Shown here in pieces: positions 19,419 to 28,494 of a stretch of 64,000 bases of DNA. A model generated the notes under the pieces. That model did no database searches. It was not told the origin of the DNA and saw only the letters and a list, made by a program, of their open reading frames with translations. The stretch lies in IMG/VR virus record IMGVR_UViG_2690316068_000002, one strand, 5' to 3'. This DNA comes from a virus. Lineage: Duplodnaviria; Heunggongvirae; Uroviricota; Caudoviricetes. Made by a program: the position numbers and the translations under genes. Every line of letters begins with the position of its first letter. Within the stretch, counting starts at the first letter, position 1.

Positions 19419-19577
19419 AAATCATCTATCACCACTCAATGCTCTGGCATACCTCCCCAGTGGTTACTAACCTCGAAGAGTGCATTCCATATAGGTTTGC
19501 GCTCACTAACATTCTATTGCCGTTGCGCTGATTGCTTGTAGTGAAAGGCATTTATTGCCTGCTGCTCCCTGATAGAA

Positions 19578-19832
19578 CGTATGCTGTCAGCGGTGTTTTA
19601 TTGAGGAATTTTTGTTTGGATATGCTATCAGCGGTAATTAATGGTATATGTCAGACCTTCGTATGCTGCCAGCGGTAATTTTGTTCTGGTTATACCCATA
19701 CCGGTACACATTATTCATGCAATGTCTTAAGTATGCTGTCAGCGGTAAAAAATCGAGTAAAGTATGCTGTGAGCGGTGAGATAAACTCTCGATATGCTAT
19801 CAGCGGTAATTGATTGTGTATGCTGTCAGCGG
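19578..19832. repeat. iteron array downstream of repA, cluster 2 (7 copies)
   Basis: Same 16-mer family at about 19578, 19619, 19660, 19730, 19761, 19791, 19817. Confidence 0.8.
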
Positions 19833-19845
19833 TGACGACTATGAA

Positions 19846-19867
19846 ATATGACTGCGGCACGTGCCGC
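19846..19867. repeat. perfect 22-bp palindrome GACTGCGGCACGTGCCGCAGTC
   Basis: Seen directly; sits at end of iteron field between convergent units; hairpin or protein-binding site. Confidence 0.6.
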
Positions 19868-19880
19868 AGTCAGTTTGCAT

Positions 19881-20093
19881 TTAGTGTATTTTCTTTAACA
19901 GACCCCAAAGTGTTCCGGCTTTTGTAGTCAGTTTTCCTGTTTCTGGATCGTACATACGCCATTCACGCCGCTGGTGGACGATATACCCATCTTCACGTTC
20001 CAGACGCTCAAGAATGCCAGGCTGCTTGAAACCCTTAGCACGCCAGTAGCCGCTTGTTTTCTCGATTTCCAGACCTGCCAGTGTTAATGCCAT
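19881..20093 (-). CDS. hypothetical protein
   Basis: 70 aa ORF. Confidence 0.4.
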   Translation of the reverse strand: MALTLAGLEIEKTSGYWRAKGFKQPGILERLEREDGYIVHQRREWRMYDPETGKLTTKAGTLWGLLKKIH

Positions 20094-20428
20094 TATCCAA
20101 CCTCCTTGCAGTCATCGAAAAGGTAGCTTTGCTGAGAAGCGTGAACGCCATAGAAGCCCTTGTATTTGTTGTATACGAAGTGGTCTTCTCCTACGCCGGT
20201 TAATTTGCCATTACGGTTTGTGAGATATGGGGATGACAATACTCGATCGTCACGCACTACATAGAACTGGTCGCCGCTGTCTACGACCATCGCGCCATAT
20301 GGTGCTTTTATGACGTCGGTAAAAGCGCCATTCTTAATGTCGGCTACAGACATTTCACACTGATAAACAGTGGTGTCGGCCACAACGATCGAAGAAAGGA
20401 ACAACAGAGCGAATGGGATGGCCTTCAT
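20093..20428 (-). CDS. hypothetical secreted protein
   Basis: N-terminal signal peptide MKAIPFALLFLSSIVVA. Confidence 0.5.
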   Translation of the reverse strand: MKAIPFALLFLSSIVVADTTVYQCEMSVADIKNGAFTDVIKAPYGAMVVDSGDQFYVVRDDRVLSSPYLTNRNGKLTGVGEDHFVYNKYKGFYGVHASQQSYLFDDCKEVG

Positions 20429-20604
20429 GCTGCCACCTCTTTGATTACATCAAATGCTGAATTAAATACGAGCACGATAGCCAAAGCGTTTATGACTACT
20501 TCGTTCACCGGGGAAAAGACTTTACGAATGACACCAGTGAAAATGCAGTCGATGACAAAAGCTATTGACACGATGAGTAACAAGTATTCAATAAAAATCT
20601 TCAT
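20425..20604 (-). CDS. small hydrophobic membrane protein (59 aa)
   Basis: Below the 60-aa ORF cutoff, found by manual translation: MKIFIEYLLLIVSIAFVIDCIFTGVIRKVF...; ATGA overlap with downstream gene. Confidence 0.35.
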   Translation of the reverse strand: MKIFIEYLLLIVSIAFVIDCIFTGVIRKVFSPVNEVVINALAIVLVFNSAFDVIKEVAA

Positions 20605-20643
20605 GATAGGTAGATACTAACTTATATAAATTTTACTGTAAAC

Positions 20644-20919
20644 TCACTCAAAAGTGCTGATGCTTAAAATACGCTCAAGATGTGCGGCATCTTCATCACT
20701 GATTTGTTGAGTCTCTTCTACGTACCAACAGTTGCCGTTATGCCAACAAACACCATCATCATCAACCATCACTGAATCAGCGTCATGACCTGTATATTCA
20801 ACGAGAATGCGCTGGATCAGCGCGTCAGTTTCTTCGTCGTTAAGGCCATCGGCTTTGACCATAAAAAGCGGAAACACGTCATAGACAGTGCTGGTAACGA
20901 TTCGAACTAAAACTCTCAT
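20644..20919 (-). CDS. hypothetical acidic protein
   Basis: 91 aa ORF; conserved TIR AAAGGAAAAACAC before ATG. Confidence 0.5.
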   Translation of the reverse strand: MRVLVRIVTSTVYDVFPLFMVKADGLNDEETDALIQRILVEYTGHDADSVMVDDDGVCWHNGNCWYVEETQQISDEDAAHLERILSISTFE

Positions 20920-20974
20920 GTGTTTTTCCTTTTGTGGTTAGTGTTTACTTATTTTGTTAGTTATGAATAGGCGA

Positions 20975-21400
20975 TCAATCTTCTTGTTTAGGGAAAAACT
21001 GTTCAATAACTCTGTCAACGGCTGTGTCTATATGGAGTAGATGCCACACAACCATATCTTTGCTTCCCATGCCTTGTGTGAATATCACGTCATACTTACG
21101 CCATGCGCAGTGGAACCAATATGCTGAGTCATCAATTGGTAAATCCTCTCCCGCCTCTTTGAAGTATTTCAGCAGCATTGCCTGCTCTGCCGTTGGCGTT
21201 GGACCTATTTCCTGAGCGTACATACGGATGAATCGCTGCCAGTCTGTCTCGTCGGGGGTTGGATCTGGTGGGGTCATTTCTGCGATAGCGTTTCGTAGCT
21301 GATGCGCCCAATCAGGTTCAGGAAAGCCTTTTGCTACTTCATCATCAATAACATCCAGAGCCACGTTTGCGGCATCGTAGAGTTTCTTAATAGCTGTCAT
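20975..21400 (-). CDS. hypothetical protein
   Basis: 141 aa ORF. Confidence 0.5.
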   Translation of the reverse strand: MTAIKKLYDAANVALDVIDDEVAKGFPEPDWAHQLRNAIAEMTPPDPTPDETDWQRFIRMYAQEIGPTPTAEQAMLLKYFKEAGEDLPIDDSAYWFHCAWRKYDVIFTQGMGSKDMVVWHLLHIDTAVDRVIEQFFPKQED

Positions 21401-21450
21401 GTTTTCTTATCCTTTTAAACAAATTGTTTTCTTAATAAGATAATTGCGAT

Positions 21451-21476
21451 AAAAAAGGCGTCCAACTGGACGCCTG
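21451..21476 (-). terminator. rho-independent terminator (AGGCGTCC...GGACGCCT family)
   Basis: Stem AGGCGTCC/GGACGCCT followed on minus strand by TTTTTTAT. Confidence 0.6.
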
Positions 21477-21491
21477 AACTTTTTAGGGGAG

Positions 21492-22322
21492 TTATTTCAC
21501 TGTAATGAAAGGAGTGTTAGCCCCTTGAGTCATGTACTGCGGTAACTGGCCATTCCATTTATTGATGGCTTCCAGTTCCATAACGTTCGGGTTTTGACGC
21601 AGAGCTTCACCGCGCAGACGAATGGCGTCTGCTTCTGCTTGCGCACGAGCACGGATAGCATCAGCTTCACCATTAGCCTGTTCACGTAGCATATTCGCCT
21701 CAGCTTTACGCTGTTCAACTTCCTGCTGACGTTGCAGAGTACGCTGGTTAGCCGTTACTTTGGCGTTAATAGATTCAATGACGGTTTTTGGGTAATCAGG
21801 CTTTCCAACCCATGACAGGCTCAGTACCTCAATACCAACCGGAGACATCTCTTTCTGAATATCTTTCAGTGCGTTGTCCAGCAATTGTGCCTTACCACCG
21901 TCGATAAATGAGTCAGTGGTCATACGGCTGGCCAAACGGTTTAGAGAGTCGGCAATTTTCTGACGCAGATCTGATTCGGTGATATCGTCTACGCCTTTGC
22001 GATAGGTCTGGAACACCGTCGTTACCTTGTCACGATTAACCAGATACGCAACGCCAATTTTGTGACCAATAGCAGTACCGTCACTCATCTGGAATGTGAA
22101 CGGCTCGTCGTAGGTCTTCATTTGTTTGAAGGTCGGGAATACGTAAAGTTCGGTGTTAAGACCTGTCCATTGGCGACCAACGCCAACCACTTCACCAATC
22201 CCTTTGTCTTCACCTAATTTGTTTACTTTGATGCCAACGTATCCAGGCTCCACGCGATCACAGCCAGTAAGACCCATTGTGCAAATAGCCGCCAGAGCAA
22301 CTGCAAGTAAACCTTTCTTCAT
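21492..22322 (-). CDS. SPFH (band-7/stomatin/prohibitin-like) domain lipoprotein
   Basis: Lipobox LTGC after signal peptide; SPFH-like core with C-terminal coiled-coil Ala/Glu/Arg-rich tail. Confidence 0.55.
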   Translation of the reverse strand: MKKGLLAVALAAICTMGLTGCDRVEPGYVGIKVNKLGEDKGIGEVVGVGRQWTGLNTELYVFPTFKQMKTYDEPFTFQMSDGTAIGHKIGVAYLVNRDKVTTVFQTYRKGVDDITESDLRQKIADSLNRLASRMTTDSFIDGGKAQLLDNALKDIQKEMSPVGIEVLSLSWVGKPDYPKTVIESINAKVTANQRTLQRQQEVEQRKAEANMLREQANGEADAIRARAQAEADAIRLRGEALRQNPNVMELEAINKWNGQLPQYMTQGANTPFITVK

Positions 22323-22325
22323 TAC

Positions 22326-22526
22326 TTATTTCCCCTTTGCTTTGATTAATGAGTTGATAAACTTACGACCAGCAATAAGACCGATTACAGGAGCACCAAA
22401 ACCAACGATAACTCCAAACATGACGGCTAAATCACTCTTGGTAGAAATCAGCGACGGAACCAGTAAACCGTAGATGAGAGCCACTGAAAGGCCTGTGGCT
22501 ACTGCCAATAGATAGATTTTGATCAT
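22326..22526 (-). CDS. small two-TM membrane protein
   Basis: 66 aa, two hydrophobic helices; immediately upstream of SPFH gene. Confidence 0.45.
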   Translation of the reverse strand: MIKIYLLAVATGLSVALIYGLLVPSLISTKSDLAVMFGVIVGFGAPVIGLIAGRKFINSLIKAKGK

Positions 22527-22590
22527 GTGTTTTCCTATGTGGTTGTTATGCGAAAATAATAAGTAAGTGCTTATATATTTTCAAGAGATA

Positions 22591-22615
22591 AAAAAGGCGT
22601 CCTGTGGACGCCTTG
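22591..22615 (-). terminator. rho-independent terminator (AGGCGTCC...GGACGCCT family)
   Basis: AAGGCGTCC-acag-GACGCCTTTTTTA on minus strand after recA-like gene. Confidence 0.6.
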
Positions 22616-22618
22616 TGT

Positions 22619-23692
22619 TTACTCTTCTACTGACTCGGTGGGGTTGTCTTTTGCTCTTCGGTCGTCGATTGCCTGCAAAGCCGCAATGATTTCAGCCAGT
22701 GGCTTCTCCCGATACATCTCGACGATCTGCGATTTGGTGTATTTCTTGTCACCAATTTCAACTCGCCCGCTGGCGTTCTTTGGCAGGTATCCTTCTTCCA
22801 GCATGTACTCGACGAGCGATTCGATAACGTCGAGGCCACGAGTAGGATCGAAGTAGAATTTCCAGGTGCATTTGCCATACGGTGGTGCAACTTTGTTTTT
22901 GATGCATTCTGCGCCTACGTCCTGGCCGATCTTCTCTTTACCATCCTTCATCACCGATGCACCAAGACGGATACGTACAGAAGCGTAGAACTTCGGTGAA
23001 TCTCCACCTGGCGACGTAGTAGGGTCGCCAAACATTACACCGATTTTTGTGCGAACCTGATTCAAGAAGATGATGCAGGCGTTGTATTTGCGTGCCCACA
23101 AAGCCAGAGTAGGGAAGTTCGCACTCGTCGCACGAGCCAGTGCCGTATTGTCGTTCATGTTTAGCTGATCTTTGTCTTTGGCAGTGCCTTCAGCCATCTT
23201 TTCGAACTTCTCGGCTTTGGAGTTCGGAACCATAGACGCAAGAGAGTCAGCCACGATACAGATTGGTGCTGATTCGGGGATAAGCTCTTCATCACGAACC
23301 AATTTAAGTATTGTGCCGATCAACTCTACAGAGTCTTCGAAGGTATCTGGCTGCTTGTATACCCACTGACCGTCATCCTCATCTGCGTTCAGGCCATTGG
23401 CGACAGCCAGGCCAACGTCAAAACTGTTTTCATGATCGAGGAATACCGCCAGACCATCTTGTTTTTGAGCGGAGATCATCGCTGCTGTTGCAAGGAACGT
23501 TTTCCCTGCACTTGGAGGACCGAATACTTCGACGATACGACCACATGGGAAGCCGCCATCGTAACGACCAGAAATAGCTTTGTTTAACGGTGGAAAGCCT
23601 GTATCAATCCAATGAGTTACTTTCTGAATTTCGTCGTTGCTACCGATTTTCTTTTTCAGAGCAAGTGCCAGTGCGGATTTTCCTTTTGCCAT
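22619..23692 (-). CDS. recA: RecA-like recombinase
   Basis: Walker A GPPSAGKT; block LIFLNQVRTKIGVMFGDPTTSPGGDSPKFYASVRIRLG nearly collinear with E. coli RecA L2-loop region. Confidence 0.85.
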   Translation of the reverse strand: MAKGKSALALALKKKIGSNDEIQKVTHWIDTGFPPLNKAISGRYDGGFPCGRIVEVFGPPSAGKTFLATAAMISAQKQDGLAVFLDHENSFDVGLAVANGLNADEDDGQWVYKQPDTFEDSVELIGTILKLVRDEELIPESAPICIVADSLASMVPNSKAEKFEKMAEGTAKDKDQLNMNDNTALARATSANFPTLALWARKYNACIIFLNQVRTKIGVMFGDPTTSPGGDSPKFYASVRIRLGASVMKDGKEKIGQDVGAECIKNKVAPPYGKCTWKFYFDPTRGLDVIESLVEYMLEEGYLPKNASGRVEIGDKKYTKSQIVEMYREKPLAEIIAALQAIDDRRAKDNPTESVEE

Positions 23693-23694
23693 GA

Positions 23695-23967
23695 TCAGGC
23701 TCCTTTTGTTTCGTTGATTCGTTTTAAAGCGGCGGATTCATCGAATACAATCGCATCGTGGTTAAGGAGTCTGGATACACGAGCGAGGATTTTTACGACC
23801 TGCTCGCTGACTAATCCAAACTCGCGATCTGTCGCTTTCATTCCGGCAGCGCCTAGAATTGACGGCAGTGCGATGACAGCGTACTCACCGTGATAAAAGA
23901 CAATCTCTTTTGCCAGTTGGGCAGGGGTGGTTGTAGCGCCATTGATAATCGATTTAAGCATTAGCAA
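23695..23967 (-). CDS. hypothetical protein
   Basis: 90 aa ORF. Confidence 0.4.
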   Translation of the reverse strand: MLMLKSIINGATTTPAQLAKEIVFYHGEYAVIALPSILGAAGMKATDREFGLVSEQVVKILARVSRLLNHDAIVFDESAALKRINETKGA

Positions 23968-24905
23968 TACCTTTCGAATGGAAGAACAAACACTTCAAGG
24001 TCTTCAAGGAACGAACGGAAATTCAGCTCGTAGCACAGTTGCTCGAATGCTTTCACGTCACGATTGCCTTTGATTGTTTCGATTTCGGTAGGCGGAAACT
24101 TCGTCTCAATCAGGTTCATTAGCGTGATGTTTCTCTTGAACGCTTCGAGCATTCGACAGCCTGTTTTCTCGTTGAAGGCATTCTTCGCTAGTTTGTTGAA
24201 GGCGGTCTTATGACGCCCTTTATTAACCACGATTGAGCCGTCGTTGATGCCGCGTACCATCGTTGCGACACTTCCCCATTCATGCAGCAGCTCTTTCGCA
24301 CCGCCAGCACCAATGCCACCAACACCGCTAATGTTGTCCGAGTTATCGCCTTGTAATGCTTTTGCTTCCAAAAATGCGCGAGGCGTGGCGAATCCTGTCA
24401 GCTCCGCAAATTGCTCAAAATTAACCTGCTTGTTTTTGGCGTCTTCACGCAGGCTTACCCAGCTTACGTTTTCACGAACTAACTGAAGCCAGTCGCTATC
24501 GCCTGTTAACAGATAGATGTGTTCAACGGTTGGCTGCGGTGCCATGCGGGATACCAGCAGCCCGGCCAGATCATCCGCTTCTGCATCTTTTGCAATGAGT
24601 TGGGTAACTCCAAGCGCGGTCATCATTTTGAGGATGTATGGCTTCTGGATAGCAAAGCCTTCCTTCATCTTTTTCATATCAGGATCGTCGTCGCGATTTG
24701 CTTTGTAGTCCGGGTAAAAGTCGCGACGCTTGTCACTAAATCCATCCCAAAGAATCATAGGTCGGGCATGGAGGATGGAGGCATAACGACGGACGTTCTT
24801 AACAAAGCCGAAAGCAGCCTGTACTTCCATTTCGCCGTTGTGCAATTTGTCAGATTGTTGATGGTAATAACCCAGGCTATTGCCATCTACGAAGAGATAA
24901 TTCAC
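23961..24905 (-). CDS. flap endonuclease / 5'-3' exonuclease (FEN, T5 D15-like)
   Basis: VDGNSLGYY N-terminal motif and GVGGIGAGGAKEL helix-hairpin-helix motif; ORF begins with GTG at 24956, but GTG at 24905 with GGAAGGAA RBS leaves the upstream terminator outside the CDS. Confidence 0.75.
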   Translation of the reverse strand: MNYLFVDGNSLGYYHQQSDKLHNGEMEVQAAFGFVKNVRRYASILHARPMILWDGFSDKRRDFYPDYKANRDDDPDMKKMKEGFAIQKPYILKMMTALGVTQLIAKDAEADDLAGLLVSRMAPQPTVEHIYLLTGDSDWLQLVRENVSWVSLREDAKNKQVNFEQFAELTGFATPRAFLEAKALQGDNSDNISGVGGIGAGGAKELLHEWGSVATMVRGINDGSIVVNKGRHKTAFNKLAKNAFNEKTGCRMLEAFKRNITLMNLIETKFPPTEIETIKGNRDVKAFEQLCYELNFRSFLEDLEVFVLPFERYC

Positions 24906-24924
24906 CGGTACATTCCTTCCAAAA

Positions 24925-24950
24925 AGTAAGGCGTCCGTAGACGCCTTACT
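24925..24950 (-). terminator. rho-independent terminator (AGGCGTC...GACGCCT family)
   Basis: TAAGGCGTC-tacg-GACGCCTTAC followed on minus strand by TTTTTGG. Confidence 0.55.
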
Positions 24951-24965
24951 GGTCACGTAATGGGA

Positions 24966-25994
24966 TTACAGAGAGTCCAGCTCTCTCAGTAGGTCATCCA
25001 GACCTTCATCTTCCGTCGCAGATGCGGTTGCTACAGATGTCGCTGCGACTGCTTCAGACTCTTTGACTGATACGGCAACGGCAGCGGAACTTGCCTCTGG
25101 TTTAAATTCAGTTTCAACGGCACGGAGGATTTCTTCATCAACCAGACTGGTTGGTTCAGAAGCCGGTGTGTGCGCGGTTGCTACAGCCGTCGCTCCTTCT
25201 GTATGACCAGTGACAGAGCCAAATCCAGGTAGTGCCGCAGCCGATGTTTTCGCGGTTGAGGAAATTGCTGGTGCAGATGCTGCGGCAGTTGGTGCAGCGA
25301 TGCCAATCAGACGACCCATAGTGCGAACTGTCGACAGAAGACGAGTTTCATCAGCCTGATTTGCGTATGCGATCAGATCATGCTGGGTGTTCCAGAATTT
25401 ATCTTCGATATCGCCTTTGTAGACTTTACGCTTAGGCGAGACGTCATATTTGGTATCGCGACCAGAGCCAGTACGTTTAATCAGGAATGCGTAGCCTTCC
25501 TCTTTGCTCAGTGGATTGCCGATATCATCAGCGATGTCTTCGGTGATTGCTTTGCAGATATCATCGAATACAGTAGACGGCAGCTCGATTAACTGGCATT
25601 TCTCAGCATCTGCGAAATCCTCACGAGCAGAAAGAATGCCGTTGACCAGGTAGCGAGGAGTGGCACGCATTTGACCGATGCGTTCTTCCATTGCTTTGTT
25701 ACCCTTGTGACGAGCGCGACCTTCCATAACCATTTCGCATAGCTGACAAGCGCGACCGTGAGTATGTTGCTCACAAATATAAGCGTTGGTTGCTTCTTTA
25801 CCTTCCTCGTTCTGATACTTAACGTAGTGCATACCGAAAGTCTGGAAGAACTTACCGTTTGGGTCGTCTTTATTCGGGAAGATGCGGATATAGTTGACGC
25901 CGTCTTTTAAGCGAGTCAGATCAACGTTGTTGCCACGTTTGGCGGCAATGTCTTCACGAGTTTTGTTAAGCAAATCAAGTAATGTCTTAGACAT
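24966..25994 (-). CDS. putative ssDNA-binding protein (gp32-like)
   Basis: Cys/His cluster CEQHTHGRACQLCE, Ala/Ser/Thr-rich linker and acidic C-terminal tail EDEGLDDLLRELDSL typical of SSBs. Confidence 0.5.
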   Translation of the reverse strand: MSKTLLDLLNKTREDIAAKRGNNVDLTRLKDGVNYIRIFPNKDDPNGKFFQTFGMHYVKYQNEEGKEATNAYICEQHTHGRACQLCEMVMEGRARHKGNKAMEERIGQMRATPRYLVNGILSAREDFADAEKCQLIELPSTVFDDICKAITEDIADDIGNPLSKEEGYAFLIKRTGSGRDTKYDVSPKRKVYKGDIEDKFWNTQHDLIAYANQADETRLLSTVRTMGRLIGIAAPTAAASAPAISSTAKTSAAALPGFGSVTGHTEGATAVATAHTPASEPTSLVDEEILRAVETEFKPEASSAAVAVSVKESEAVAATSVATASATEDEGLDDLLRELDSL

Positions 25995-26111
25995 GTGTTT
26001 CTCCTTGTTGTGATTTGGCCGATGGCGCTATGCGCGTTGGGCTTTCGTTCATTCGTGGCTCTTTCGAGCTGTTAAATGATAGATCAGTACTTACTTATTA
26101 TCTATCAAAAA

Positions 26112-26543
26112 TCAACGGGGAGTAATAAAGCGTTCAGAGCCTAATCGCTCTAATTCAACGATGGCCATCTTTGACGCCTGAACGATCATGTCTCGGCGAT
26201 GCGAAAAGGCGGCGACAGCATGTTTGTATATGTCTGCGATGTGCCGTGCTTCATCCAACTTCTGCCGTTTAGACAGATACTGTGGGTTTGTTTTAACCTT
26301 AGCGTCCAGTACAGACTCGTTGAACTTAATGCCGTTCATACTCAAGTTCTTACGCTCTGTGTCGTATAGCTTTGCTTCAACAGCTTCAAGGTTAAGTTTT
26401 GCCTCTGCGACATCTCGATCTGCCTGCGCTAGTTTTGACCCATACTCCATTAAAAGCCGTGGCTGTTTACGCCATACTTCCTCAAGGTTGTCGCGGTCGA
26501 ACTCCAGATCGGCCATGATTTTAGAAAAAATATCAGTGTTCAC
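26112..26543 (-). CDS. hypothetical protein
   Basis: 143 aa ORF. Confidence 0.5.
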   Translation of the reverse strand: MNTDIFSKIMADLEFDRDNLEEVWRKQPRLLMEYGSKLAQADRDVAEAKLNLEAVEAKLYDTERKNLSMNGIKFNESVLDAKVKTNPQYLSKRQKLDEARHIADIYKHAVAAFSHRRDMIVQASKMAIVELERLGSERFITPR

Positions 26544-26797
26544 TCTAATAGGTTCCTACTTATAAAATCTGTATCAATTATATCAAACAGAGAACGGGTT
26601 TATGGCGTCATGTCAACTTTGTTCAGGGGAAAATATTGAGATCACCGAAGATAATTAGTTGTCTTATTTTGGTAAGCTGTGCTGACCATCTTTAGGTCAC
26701 ATACATGAGATGGATGGGGGTGTGGCATGAACGGATGAAATTCAGTCGCCGTTGACAGATGTCAACACTGTGAATAGAATACTATTATCGGAGGCGA

Positions 26798-27022
26798 ATG
26801 AAGCAACATCCGAATAAGCATATTCAAGCAGCCATTGACTATGCATTAAGTAAAGGCTGGATCTGGGTAGCTGCTGGTGGTGCTGCACATTGTTTTTGCA
26901 GACTGCGATGCGGTAATCCAGAAGGTGAACACAAAACTCACCAAATGAGCGTATGGTCGACTCCGGGTAATCCCGAAAACCATGCCAAACAGATCAAACG
27001 AATGGTTGATCGTTGTAAATGA
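26798..27022 (+). CDS. small Cys/His-containing protein, possible HicA-like toxin
   Basis: 74 aa; KGW-x-GG-x-H...H-x-MSVW-x-PG pattern loosely resembles HicA/YcfA fold; followed by hairpin. Confidence 0.4.
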   Translation: MKQHPNKHIQAAIDYALSKGWIWVAAGGAAHCFCRLRCGNPEGEHKTHQMSVWSTPGNPENHAKQIKRMVDRCK

Positions 27023-27028
27023 TTTCAA

Positions 27029-27050
27029 GGCGGCATTAGCCGCCTTTTGC
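27029..27050 (+). terminator. hairpin with T-run between the two plus-strand genes
   Basis: AGGCGGC-atta-GCCGCCT-TTTG. Confidence 0.4.
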
Positions 27051-27082
27051 AGAAACTGTCCAACTATCTTCAAAGGAAAACT

Positions 27083-27646
27083 ATGGCGCTTTATAACTTC
27101 ACTCTGACGCTCTCAGGCGTATCGTATGAGACGGAAGGACTGGAAGACGCGCTGTACCAAAACGGCTGTGACGATGCGCTAATTTGCGCATATGGAAACT
27201 CCGTCTATGTAGAATTTGACCGCGAAGCACAATCACTTGATGCAGCTATCGCATCTGCGGTCGACAATATTGAATCAGCCGGTATCGGTGCAATTGTTGA
27301 ATCCGTCGACTCGGCTCTTGTGGGCTTAAGCGATATCGCGGAACTGACAGACCTGTCTCGCCAGGCAGTGGCGTTGCTCAAAGACGGTAAGCGCGGAAGC
27401 GGCGACTTCCCTTGCCCTGTACAACGCATAAAAGGCCAGTCTCCTCTCTGGGATTGGGCTGATGTGGCTGAATGGCTCATGAATAACGGACGACTTAAAG
27501 AGGGCGATCAAATTGTCCAAAATGCCCGAACTTTGAGTAAATGGAATCTGGCGCTTCGAAACAGCGTCTCGAAAGATTTCAACGAAATAGAGCAAATTGC
27601 GGAGAAACTGATTAAACGCCGCAAAGATATTGCGAAATGCGCATAA
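27083..27646 (+). CDS. hypothetical protein with C-terminal helix-turn-helix, possible HicB-like antitoxin
   Basis: ORF 27047..27646; ATG at 27083 preceded by AAGGAAA; HTH-like IAELTDLSRQAVALLKDG. Confidence 0.4.
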   Translation: MALYNFTLTLSGVSYETEGLEDALYQNGCDDALICAYGNSVYVEFDREAQSLDAAIASAVDNIESAGIGAIVESVDSALVGLSDIAELTDLSRQAVALLKDGKRGSGDFPCPVQRIKGQSPLWDWADVAEWLMNNGRLKEGDQIVQNARTLSKWNLALRNSVSKDFNEIEQIAEKLIKRRKDIAKCA

Positions 27647-27975
27647 TGATGCCCGCCAATTGGCGGGCATCTGTTCTCTGTAAAGGTGTCTGGCATCGTC
27701 TGGTTCGTTAACGTTTACTAAACCAATGGTGACAAAAATTAGTTATCTTTGAAAAATAAAGGTTGCATGAAAAGAAGGGGTATGCGTTAATAGCATCGTT
27801 GGTTTGCAAGACAGACCTTATGTAAGCAGTTTTAGTAAAGCAGTCTCAGTTCAGTGTTATCTTCTGATTTCCCTTCTTCGTGAGTCTCCTCCTTAAGTGC
27901 CTAAGTAAGTCCCAATCTATACAGATCAAATTCTCGCCGCACTATGTGGCTCACAAAATTAAGAAGGTAATATCT

Positions 27976-28191
27976 ATGTCTAATAAAATGACTGGTTTAG
28001 TAAAATGGTTTAACTCTGATAAAGGCTTTGGCTTTATTTCTCCTGCTGATGGCAGTAAAGATGTTTTTGTACATTTTTCGGCAATTCAGAGTAATAATTT
28101 CCGCACTTTGGAAGAAGGCCAGCAGGTCGAATTCTCTATCGAGAATGGGGCTAAAGGCCCAGCAGCAGCAAATGTCGTTGCTCTAAGTTGA
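27976..28191 (+). CDS. cold-shock protein (CspA family)
   Basis: [71 protein letters not shown] is near-identical in pattern to E. coli CspA/B/G; RNP1/RNP2 motifs present; AAGAAGG RBS; long leader. Confidence 0.9.
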   Translation: MSNKMTGLVKWFNSDKGFGFISPADGSKDVFVHFSAIQSNNFRTLEEGQQVEFSIENGAKGPAAANVVALS

Positions 28192-28461
28192 TTCAACGCT
28201 GATGATCCTCATTTCTACAATAACGAAGACGGTGTAAGCCTGAGTGGATAGATTTGTAGGATTGTACAAGTTGAATAAATTAGCATGGTAAGGCCATGCT
28301 AATTAAATCGACACAACGGCCAGTTTATTCCATAAAAGTGAATTGCCCATTGTGGCGAAATGCGGGGTTGCCGCATGAATAGTCAAAGGCAGAAGCTAAC
28401 TGCCGGCATGGCAAAACAAAGTGCGTAAGAGGAGTGACTTCCTCAACAAGCGCCATAATTC

Positions 28462-28490
28462 TTTATAAACCCGCCAACAGGCGGGTTTTC
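28462..28490. terminator. bidirectional terminator
   Basis: CCCGCC-aaca-GGCGGG with T-rich tracts on both sides. Confidence 0.6.
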
Positions 28491-28494
28491 TTTA

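Noticed and set aside
18085-19832. Iteron field considered as a possible CRISPR array
   Set aside because: Repeats are only ~16 bp, spacing is irregular (20-70 bp), there are two clusters around a protein gene, and no cas genes; the pattern fits plasmid iterons.
23961-24956. Flap endonuclease starting at GTG 24956 as given by the ORF track
   Set aside because: That start would place the upstream terminator hairpin (24925-24950) inside the coding region; GTG at 24905 has a strong GGAAGGAA RBS just after the terminator. Kept as an alternative.
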